A stretch of 35,362 nt of DNA from a virus (taxonomy: Duplodnaviria; Caudoviricetes), in the IMG/VR virus record IMGVR_UViG_3300038466_000035, positions 1 to 35,362 of that record, one strand, 5' to 3'. Under the pieces are notes generated by a model. The model saw only the letters and a list, made by a program, of their open reading frames with translations. It ran no database searches and was not told the DNA's origin. Shown piece by piece: positions 17,094-26,900 of the stretch. The stretch's first letter is position 1; each line of letters opens with the position of its first letter. A program made the position numbers and the translations under genes.

Positions 17094-18026
17094 ATGGCTG
17101 GCTTAATTCAAACAACACAAACAAGTGGTGCGAATACAATTAATCCGATAACCGGGCTCGCGGATGGCGAACTGAAACTTGATCCTACCGGTGCCTACTA
17201 TACCCCCAAAGGCGGAATGACCGTAGAAGATAGAGTGACCGGCTTGCTGGCCAAGGATAATCCATACACGCAGGTAGCCAGAACAGGTGCCGCACAGACG
17301 GCAAATTCAAGGGGGTTGTTGAATTCGTCTATTGCGGCAGGTGCGGGGGAAGAAGCGGCAATTAAATCGGTATTGCCCATTGCACAGCAAGATGCCGCTT
17401 ATTATCAGAACCTGGGTCAACAGAAAAATCAGGGAGCCGTAACATCTATTCTTAATAAAGAGCAGGGTGATACGCAGTCGAAACTACAGAAAGAACAAGG
17501 GGACATCCAGAAAGGTCTTTACGAAACTCAAGGCAATGTTTCATCAAAGCTTTCTGCCCAGACCGCTGCCCAAGATCAAGCCTTAAAGCAAATGGATATA
17601 GAATGGAATAAAATCCAACTCGCAGCGCAAACAACGGTTGAAGCGGCGAGACTGTCCGGAGCCAATAAGGAGATGTTTAATAATAGTGTTAATAAAATTT
17701 CAGACGACTTCATGAACGATTATTTGGAAATTGCGATAAATCCTAACTTTAAGACCCCGGAAGATCGGCAGAAAGCGCTTGATGTTTTAGGGGAAAATGC
17801 TCAGGCAAATTATAAAATATCAGCGGATATAGCCGGATATGAGCTTTCATGGACACCTCCGGCCAACTCTGCTGCCGCCACCGAGACCGCCGCTAACCCT
17901 GCTACCGCCACCGAAAAATATAGAAGCTTTGATGATATTTATCGATACGGTATATACGATGTTCCGGGTCTGCCTCCAGTTGACCCGGCATATCTATCCG
18001 CCGCAGGCGGGGAGCATACGCCATGA
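17094..18026 (+). CDS. Putative ejection / internal virion protein
   Basis: ANSRGLLNSSIAAGAG...LPIAQQDA motif, Q/A-rich coiled coil, position after the tail genes. Confidence 0.6.
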   Translation: MAGLIQTTQTSGANTINPITGLADGELKLDPTGAYYTPKGGMTVEDRVTGLLAKDNPYTQVARTGAAQTANSRGLLNSSIAAGAGEEAAIKSVLPIAQQDAAYYQNLGQQKNQGAVTSILNKEQGDTQSKLQKEQGDIQKGLYETQGNVSSKLSAQTAAQDQALKQMDIEWNKIQLAAQTTVEAARLSGANKEMFNNSVNKISDDFMNDYLEIAINPNFKTPEDRQKALDVLGENAQANYKISADIAGYELSWTPPANSAAATETAANPATATEKYRSFDDIYRYGIYDVPGLPPVDPAYLSAAGGEHTP

Positions 18027-18472
18027 TGTTAAAACCTATTGATAACCCGTATGCAGTATGGGGTGCAACAAGAAAGAAAGAAGCTCCGGGAATCGGGGAG
18101 ACCAACGCGAAAGGTGTTTTTATCGGCGTGTATGAAGACGAAAAGATAGCCGGGGCTTTTCTCGTAAAAGCATGGAATGAACACTGTTTTGAAATACACG
18201 GCGGTGTGCATCCTGACTTTTGGGGCAGAGGGGTTGAGGTCTGTGAATTTATGGGCTGGCAACTGTTTTTAAATACACCTTGTTTAAAAATAGTTGCAGT
18301 TATCCCTGAATTCAATCGCCTGATGATCAGGTGTGTTAAAAAAATAGGCATGGAACAAGAAGGGGTGTTAAAAAAGGCTTGTTTGAAGGATATGAAATTA
18401 TATGATTTATTTGTATACGGAATGACAAAAACACAATATCGAGAAGGAGGCAGGTTATGCCAGCAGCAATAG
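18023..18472 (+). CDS. GNAT-fold protein (DUF2824 / P22 gp14-like position)
   Basis: EIHGGVHPDFWGRG acetyl-CoA loop and N...KKIGMEQEGVLK motif; lies among the ejection genes. Confidence 0.8.
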   Translation: MMLKPIDNPYAVWGATRKKEAPGIGETNAKGVFIGVYEDEKIAGAFLVKAWNEHCFEIHGGVHPDFWGRGVEVCEFMGWQLFLNTPCLKIVAVIPEFNRLMIRCVKKIGMEQEGVLKKACLKDMKLYDLFVYGMTKTQYREGGRLCQQQ

Positions 18473-19173
18473 CAGCAGCAGCAGCATGGGTAGGCGGCAC
18501 TCTTTTTACAGCAGGGACAGCGGCAGCGGCAACCACGGCAACAATAGTCTCGAGTGCTTGTTATGGAGCTATTGCCGGTGCCGTGGTTGGCGGCGTAACC
18601 GCCGCCGTAAAAGGCGGCGACATTGTTAAGGGTGCTTTAACCGGCGCTGTTTATGGTGCCATCGGCGGCGCGGTGGCGGGAGCGGCCAGCAGCCTCTTTG
18701 GTTCTGCGGCAGGCGCGACGGGCGGAACCGCCGGAGGCGCAGTGCCGGGAGAGACTGCGGGTTTAATAACGAGCGCCGACCCTTCAGGCATGGCGGGAAT
18801 ATTCGGTATTGAGGCCGGAATTCCACCAAGCACCGGAATATCGATTGGAACCCAAACTGTCGGCAATGTAGCGGGCGGTTTGATTCAGAATGCAGCAACA
18901 CCCCCTCCGGCAGCGCCTCCCTCATCGCCGCAACCCTCTTGGATTGAAAGAAATCCTGCGGGTGCCACTATGTTGGGCAATACAATAGGGCAGGGAGCAA
19001 TTGCAATGTTAGGAGCTGATCCGGCAGAAGAAAACGAAAAAAACCGTTTAGCGACAGCAATGGAAGCAGATAAACTAAGAGCTTCTAAAATAATTGATCT
19101 CAGCAGGAATACCCTTATGTCTCCACTCCCATCGATTTACAATGCCGATCAATTTGCACAGAAACTTTTTTGA
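18457..19173 (+). CDS. Putative ejection (DNA transfer) protein, Gly/Ala-rich
   Basis: Hydrophobic Gly-zipper N-half (GAIAGAVVGG, GAIGGAVAG); AGGAGG SD; follows the GNAT as P22 gp7 does. Confidence 0.65.
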   Translation: MPAAIAAAAAWVGGTLFTAGTAAAATTATIVSSACYGAIAGAVVGGVTAAVKGGDIVKGALTGAVYGAIGGAVAGAASSLFGSAAGATGGTAGGAVPGETAGLITSADPSGMAGIFGIEAGIPPSTGISIGTQTVGNVAGGLIQNAATPPPAAPPSSPQPSWIERNPAGATMLGNTIGQGAIAMLGADPAEENEKNRLATAMEADKLRASKIIDLSRNTLMSPLPSIYNADQFAQKLF

Positions 19174-19192
19174 TTATTAAGGAGGGTTTTTA

Positions 19193-19750
19193 ATGCTTAA
19201 GACCGAGATGAATAAGAAGCCTGACCCAGCAGAGACAAAAAATTCCGACAAGAACCAGGCGGGTGATAAAAATCAACCCGGCCCGGAACAAGATCTTCTG
19301 GATATCTTTGTTGCACAGGGAATGAAGATTGTAATGAAGATAGCCCCTACCCTTAAAGACAAAGGCTCTGTCGACGCTTTGGGCAATGCTTTGTTTAACA
19401 TCGTGAATAAAATAGAAACCGAAGGAACGAGTAACGGAGTTAATTTTCCTCAATGGGTATTGATCCGGGGGGCAAGAGATATTTTGATATACCTGATAGA
19501 CACCGTTCAGATAAAAGTTACCGAGGATCAGGTCAAGGCTATTGTCGGAATAGCTGTCGGCAAGTATCTGAAAAATGCTTTAGATACTGGCAAAATGACA
19601 AAGGAGCAAGCCGTTGAGCTCGCAAAGCAACTTTCCCAAAAACCAATACAGGAAATGGCTCAGGGGCCGCGGACAGAGAAGCCTGCAATTCCGCCGAATA
19701 ACCCACAAATGCCAATGCAATCCGGGGCAGGAGGTATGATAAATGGGTAA
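19193..19750 (+). CDS. Hypothetical protein in the ejection module
   Basis: TAAGGAGG SD; helical core with a P/Q/M-rich tail. Confidence 0.75.
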   Translation: MLKTEMNKKPDPAETKNSDKNQAGDKNQPGPEQDLLDIFVAQGMKIVMKIAPTLKDKGSVDALGNALFNIVNKIETEGTSNGVNFPQWVLIRGARDILIYLIDTVQIKVTEDQVKAIVGIAVGKYLKNALDTGKMTKEQAVELAKQLSQKPIQEMAQGPRTEKPAIPPNNPQMPMQSGAGGMING

Positions 19751-20987
19751 ATTAAGCAGAGGTCTTATAGGTGCAGTAGCCGGACTTGGCGAGGGCATGG
19801 CTGCGGTTGGAACGGATCAGCTTAAAAAAAACGCTGAACTCGCAAAGGCTTTAAGGGAAGAAGCTATGCAGTTAAGGTCTTTCACTCATACTGAATCGGA
19901 AAACAAAAAAACAAGAGAGTTGACGGCAAGCGAAGGGGTTGCAAGTAGAACAGCAAAAACCGAAGACCTTAAAAAAGAAATTGAGTCAAAAGAAAAAATC
20001 GCATCAGAGCTTAGAGACTTAAAGTCGGATCTTGCCGCAGCGTCTGAGGAAGGAAAACGGGAGAGACTTAGAAACGAAATAATGATTAAGGAAGGACAGT
20101 TGGTTGTTGCGCAACAGATTGCGGATATGAAGGTATCGCAGGCCCAAGGATTGATTGCGATTGCACAGCAAAATGCCAATACAAAAGAAAAACAAGTAGA
20201 TACCGGGAAAACGTCTTCGCCCACAGAGCAAGCCAAGGCTCGCGCCGAAGCGATTGAAAAAGCACAGGTTTATTTAGATGGCGGCGATACCAAAACAGCC
20301 CAAACTCTTTTAAGTCCATTCGGGCTCACATTGCAAGAAGAGACGGTTCCTGGCGAAAAAAACTGGGTATTCCCCAACGAGAAAGATACCAAAAAATATC
20401 ATATTGTGGATACAGGCCAAACCGGAAGCTCGGTTTCTCCAAAAGCCGGTGTTTCTTCGGGGGCCGTACCGACAACCGAGGCTCCGCCTGCAGGATCTTC
20501 AGGGAAGAGCGAATTAGACTCCCTGCTTGAAATGGGTAAGTCCGTTTCTGGGAAAACAGCAGCGCGGGCGGAGACCAGTACGCTTCAAGGCACGGGGGGA
20601 ATAATAAAGAGCGAAAAGCCTCTATCCATTCCCCAAAAACTCCCGGCAAGCATGGAAGAGCTCGATTCCATGGCAAACAGTCTTCCGGTGGAAATGGACG
20701 GAATATATAAAAAATCTCCTTCATGGGAAAGAGGCCGGAACATATCAGAGGGTGTCAGTTCCATTACCGGGCAGTCCCAAACAACGCAGAACCCATCCAT
20801 ATTACGAAAGGGTGAAGACAATCTCACAAAAGCGCTCCGGATAGCAACGGGCAAGACGGATATATATGAACTGAACATTATAGCCGACAAACTCAAGACA
20901 ATCTACAAGGGCAAACTTTCTGACGCGCAATTGGCAACTCTGATTAATGAGGGCAAGATTTTAGGTGGCAACAAAACCGGAGTTTAA
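19743..20987 (+). CDS. Putative ejection (DNA transfer) protein
   Basis: N-terminal GLIGAVAGLGEG, then a coiled coil and a low-complexity region; immediately precedes the giant gene. Confidence 0.65.
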   Translation: MGKLSRGLIGAVAGLGEGMAAVGTDQLKKNAELAKALREEAMQLRSFTHTESENKKTRELTASEGVASRTAKTEDLKKEIESKEKIASELRDLKSDLAAASEEGKRERLRNEIMIKEGQLVVAQQIADMKVSQAQGLIAIAQQNANTKEKQVDTGKTSSPTEQAKARAEAIEKAQVYLDGGDTKTAQTLLSPFGLTLQEETVPGEKNWVFPNEKDTKKYHIVDTGQTGSSVSPKAGVSSGAVPTTEAPPAGSSGKSELDSLLEMGKSVSGKTAARAETSTLQGTGGIIKSEKPLSIPQKLPASMEELDSMANSLPVEMDGIYKKSPSWERGRNISEGVSSITGQSQTTQNPSILRKGEDNLTKALRIATGKTDIYELNIIADKLKTIYKGKLSDAQLATLINEGKILGGNKTGV

Positions 20988-20992
20988 ATACA

Positions 20993-23900
20993 ATGCCATT
21001 ATCCGACTGGAATGCAATACAGCAAGATCCAAAATACTGGGAATATTCTCCTGAAGACAGGGCTTTAATTAAGGCCGGATGGTTTACTAAAAACATAACG
21101 CCTACTCCTGAATTCCAGAAATATAGTCCGGAAGATCAGGAATTTATACTGAAGGGATTTACGCACCAAACAGACATAAACCCTCTTGAGGAAAATCGCG
21201 AAAAAGACGGCTTGTTTGTGTCGGGGGTTAAAAGAGGCATTGAACAAACGCAGGCGGTGGGATACGGTGCGCTTGGGTTAGTAGGCTCTGCCGTTGGCTC
21301 TGAAGATTTAAAGAAGTATGGATATGAAGGATATTTAAGGAATACGGAGGAAGCGAAACAATACCCTAAAGAGACGAACTTTCTCGACATAAGAGGCCCT
21401 GCTACGGCTGGGAAATGGGCGGTAGAGACCGCAGGGGAAATGATTCCATCGTTGGTAGAGGCTGGCGTTACGTCAGCAGCGGGGGCGGTTATTGGTGGGA
21501 TGGCGGCTCCCGGTCCCGGCGTTGTTGCTGGTGGACTTGCTGGATTCTTTGGTAAAAGAGCTATCAAAAAAACAATTGAGGAAACAGCGAAGCAGTTTAT
21601 CAAAAAAGGCATGGCTGTTGAATTAGCAGAAAAAGCTGCTATTGAGCATGTTGAAAAGATCGGGATAAGCGCGATCCAAAAGTCTGCACTGCGAATCGCA
21701 GGAGCTAAGGCTGGCGTTGTTGCTGGTGTAACCCCCCTTGAGGCGGGCGGCAATTGGGGCGAAAACATGGAGAAGGGTGTAGATAATCCGTGGTCAGCCC
21801 TTGCAACAGGAACAGCAGCAGGATTTTTAGAGCTTGCGGGCGGGAATATTAAGATAATAGAAAGGATTCTTGGGCCAAAGAAAGCAGCGATTTTCGGAAA
21901 AGCGATTGGGGATAAAGCAATAGATGTTGTCTCCAATTTTATCCGTAAGGCTGCGGTTGAAGCGCCGAGCGAGTTCGCGCAAGAGGCTGGTCAGGAGCTT
22001 TTGTCTCTTGCTAACACAGCTTATAACGATCCAACCTTTAAAGTTTTTACGTTAGATAATTTAAATCGTGTGGTTGAATCAGGAGCCGCAGGTGGACTGA
22101 TGGGGGCTGCCGGAGCAACCACAACGGTTTTTGATGGCTCGCAAAAACCACAATCACCCCCGACCATCAAGGAAAACCTCAATAAAATATCCTCCGCCAC
22201 AAACATTGACGAAGCCGTCGGAGCTTTTAACGAAGCCGTAAAACCGAACGCAACTCCCGAAACAGGTATCCTTGGTACAGCCATGAAGTCGGCGGATCAG
22301 CTTTTAAGGGAACAAAACCAATCTGCAATAGACGCGACTTTCGCTCCAATACAAAAGGCCGAGGCTCAAGATAAATACGGTTTTCAGCCTGCAACGGTTG
22401 AGGCGACTCCGGCACCACAAACAATTGCTGATCGCAAAGCCCGACTTGCAGCCGAAATTGAAAAAGCACGCAACCCGCTTGGTCGGGAGTCCGGCCTTAC
22501 TTCAATAGCTCCCGACACCTCCTACGGGGCTCCTGTCGAAACAGCTCCCGGCCAAGCATCTCTTGAACAGCAAGTTAAGCCTGTTGTTGAGGATGTCAAG
22601 GCCGAAGCGAAAGAGCAGCCTGTTCACGATTACAGCAGTACGCAGGTGAACCTCCCCGAACCAGAGGCCGCGCCTATAAAACAATTCGGGCAAACAATAC
22701 CGGAAGATGAAATTTATACCGACCCGAAAGACCCCTCTTATGGCAGGGAAGAAAATCCTCACGTCACGGTCAAATATGGATTGCATACGACAAACGCAGA
22801 AGAAGTAAGGCCGCTTCTTAAAGACGTTGGAGCCATTACCGGAAAATTAGGAAAGGTCTCCATTTTTGAATCTGATGATTACGATGTCGTGAAGGTTGAT
22901 ATTGAAAGCCCCGAACTTCACGACCTTAATAAGAAAATCGCAAAAGGAACAAAAGTTACTGACACCCATCCTGATTACAAACCGCATGTGACAATTGCAT
23001 ATGTGAAGAAGGGTCAGGGCAAGAAATATGTTGGAAACAATTCCTTTGAAGGCAAAGAGGTAACATTTAACGAGCTGACTTTTAGCGGAAAAGATGGAAA
23101 GGAAACCGTTATTCCTCTTCTTAAGCCGGAGCTGAAAGCCGAAAGCCCGAAGCCTGCCCCCAGAAAGTTAATGGGAGTTCCGGTTTCAAGGGTGAACTCA
23201 AAAACCGAGGAAGGGGTCACATACGAATTATATCACGCGACTGATCCGAAAGATGCAAGAGGGCTTATCAGGATAGTTGACGATTCCGGAAATGTTGTCA
23301 GCGTGAAAGGGTTCCCCTCAAAAGAATCTGCCTTAAAAGGTTTTGAGGATGCAACAAAACTAATTAAAACAGAGACGCCCGCTAAGGCTGCTAAGACGGA
23401 AACCAAAACCAGTATTGGCAAAAACTCCGAAGGCCAAGACATCTTTGAAGACGATAACGGAATACGGCATATTGTTCGCAACGGGATCAGAATATCTGAA
23501 AAAGTTATTATGGTGCCGACAAGGGCAGGGGTTGAAAAGCGTTCGGTAACTCCAAAGGATCAGGAATTTGAGGTATCTGAAAGACCCAAAGGCCCGAAGT
23601 TCATTCCTCACGACGGATGGCAGAAAAATCTTATTAAGGCCAGGATGTACGCAAACGAGCTCAAGATAGACCATAAGGGCAAGAGCCTTGAACAGATAGT
23701 TGCGGAAATTGAAGGGGAAATAGCCAACCAGTCCGAAGCCGGTCCCGCTAAAAAAGAAGGCATAGACTGGTATTTGGTAAACCAATCAGTCGAACTGTTT
23801 TACAAGAACAGGGAAAACATAGCAGATTCAAGAGCCATAGACAGATTGAAAAATATTGTGGCCATGATGAATCCTGAAACGAAAAAGCAGTATGATTTTG

Positions 23901-26900
23901 AGACAAGTGAAGCGACACCTGCCCTAGAGGAAAAGGCTAAATCTGAAAAATCAGCCTATACAGCAGCCGTTGGCATATTGTCCGGCGGCGTAGCAGATAG
24001 AGCAAAAACCAACCGCTATGAATTTGTATATGGCGAGACAAAGAATTACTCTGACTTATATTACGAAATGGTCGGTCTGTTTACAGGCTTAAAAGCCGAT
24101 AAGTTGGTAGCTGCCGGAATTACCATCAAAAGGATAAAAGAAGAAGTACCGCTTTCCAGCGAGATTGCCCCTGTCGATCTTTCCGCAAAAAGCACGAAAG
24201 ACCTGGTGGGCGATATATTCAACATTATCAACGATCATCTTGGGGAACGCGGCTCGATCGGGGACATGCCTTCTCTCGATGAAGGCCTGTATCAGAAACT
24301 AAAACCTTATTTGTCCGAGATCGTAAATAGAGCAAAAGCGAAAGCCCTTGATATTAAATCTTATTTATTCGGTGCCGTTGATTCTATGCCAGAAGGAAAG
24401 GCCAAAGACGTATATGAGCAGGCCGCGAATAAATATATTCTTGACATTTCAAAAGAAAAGGATATATTAGAATCACCGGGAGGTAAAAAAGATGAATATT
24501 CCACAGATGGCAGCACAGGCACGAGACCACTGGCGGAAGACCAACCCCAAGACCTACAAGAAGATGGTAGCGGACGGGGCGCTGGAGAGGGAGAGCGTGG
24601 CAGCGGCGAAACTGACCTTGGCGGAGATGGATACCTTGATGAAGGGGGGGCTGCCGGAACAGGAAGCTTGGCAGGAAAGCCGTCACTTATTCATATTCCA
24701 GACAGCGAAACAGATCGAGGCGGGTTATCAACCGGGGAGATAGAAGAGGACCAGACTCCGGCACCAAGCGAACCCAGGCAACTTAAACTTACCGGAACCA
24801 ACCCAGGAAACTACCGCATTACCGAAGCCGACAACATCGGAAGCGGAACTCGCGGGCAGAAAATAGACCGCAATCTCGCGGCAATTCGCCTTATCAAGCA
24901 ATTAACAGCGGAAGGCAGATATCCTACCAGAGCGGAACAGTCAACCCTTGCAAAATACGTTGGATGGGGCGGACTGAAAAAAGTCTTTGATAAAGACAGT
25001 AAATCGCCCCAAGATATTCAGGCCAGAGAGGAACTCGAAAAACTCCTCACCAAAGATGAATATAACAGCATGTTCTTGTCCATTACGGACGCACACTATA
25101 CCAGTCCGGAAATAATCAGTTCTATATATGACGTATTAAAACATATAGGATTCCAGGGCGGAAATGTTCTTGAGCCTACATACGGCGCTGGAAATTTTAT
25201 CGGTCTTATGCCTGAAGATCTGTCCGCGTCTTCTAAGTGGTACGGGTCCGAACTGGACTCAGTTACCGCAAAAATAGGTCAATTCTTATACCCCGATTCT
25301 CAACTTATAGAATCTGGATTTCAAGTAGCTGAATTCCCTTATGGTAAATTTGATCTTGCTGTCGGCAATCCACCTTTTGGTGATACCCGAATTACAGATA
25401 CCAAGAAAAACAGATCCGCAATAAATAGATTCAAGATTCATAACTATGTAATATCGAAAGAGGCGATGCACCTTCGACCCGGCGGTATTGTTGCGAATGT
25501 CATAACCACAAGATTTCTCGATACGCAAGACCCAGAAGCCAGGGACTTCCTGTCTAAAAACTTCCGATTTCTCGGAGCAATCAGACTCCCGAATGATGCT
25601 TTTGCAAAGAACGCGGGGACTACTGTTTCAACCGACATCGTTTTCTTTCAAAGACTCATGCCTGGGGAAAAGCCAGATATGAAAGCTGACTGGTTGACAA
25701 CTGGCGCGACTATGACGAATTCAACCGGGGAGACGATTATCCTCAACAAATACTTTGCGAATAACCCTCAAATGATGCTCGGCGAACCGTCAATGAAGGG
25801 TACGATGTATGGCGGAGCATGGAAAGAGGGCGGAAAAGGCGAATTTACATTAGACAAAAGAGAAGGCGAAAATACTCCGGATCTGTTCAAGAAAGTTATT
25901 GCCGAACATATGGCGGACTTGAAAAACATTGCACAGAAGACAGACGACAAAGCTGAAGCTGCCGCGATATCCCTTACAATAAACAAAGAAGATGTTGGAA
26001 TTGGTGGTTTTTATCGGGATAACAATAAGATATATATGCGCGGGGATGATGATTCGTATGGTAATCCGACTTTTGCGCTTCTTTCTCCTGAAATGAAATG
26101 GACTGAAAAAGAGCCTCTTGGAGAAAGACGATATGATCGAATAAAGGGCATGCTCAGTTTGCGTGAAAAGACCTATAAACTTATTGAGTCTGAAAGATTT
26201 GATCTGCCCGAAATGGAGTCTTTACGAAAAGACCTTAATAAAACATACGACGCTTTTGTAAAAGAGCATGGATATTTAAGCACTCCGGCAAACTTCCGGC
26301 TAATGTCGGATGATATCAAAATAGAATTCGGCCTTGAATCCGGATATAAAAAAGAAATAACAGCGTCCAGGGCGAAGACCTTGGGGATAAAACCTTCTCC
26401 CGCGGTTGCAGTAAAATCAGCTATTTTAAATCAGAGAGTATTCTATCCTGCAAAAGAAATCATTTTTGCGAAGGATGTCCGCGATGGATACGGAATATCC
26501 CTTTCACAGAGAGGCAAGCTGGACGTTAATTATATTGCTGATCTCACAAATAAGACTCCTGATGATGTAGCCAAGGAATTATCTGATCTTGACCTTATTT
26601 TCAAAGACCCCGAAACAGACGGATGGGTGCAGGAAGACGAATATCTTTCCGGAAATGTTAAGGCAAAATATAAAGAAGCCGTAAAGGCTGGACTCAATAA
26701 AAACGTTGCTGCTTTAAAGGCGGTGTTTCCTGCCGACAAGACCTCTGAAAATATCTATGCGGGGATAGGCGCAACATGGATACCAAAACAGGTTTATGAA
26801 TCCTTTGCGGAATTCATAGGGATAAGCGGTTCCCATGTAACGATATCCCATGATACTGGTAAAGTGTATTTAAGCGGCGGCGATTCCACTCAAAACGACA

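Noticed and set aside
18460-18487. (GCA)n trinucleotide run as a phase-variable or CRISPR-like repeat
   Set aside because: It simply encodes the poly-Ala N-terminus of the ejection protein, in frame and without spacers.
21136-21936. 266-aa minus-strand ORF, and the many other minus-strand ORFs from 21065 to 35133
   Set aside because: They mirror the codons of the giant + strand ORF (S/F/I/L-rich) and show no domain motifs.
24744-25070. Separate internal start producing a stand-alone MTase-helicase from the nested promoter
   Set aside because: I found no in-frame ATG or GTG with an SD between the nested stop and the MTase lead-in. The first in-frame ATG (about 25070) is already inside the domain.
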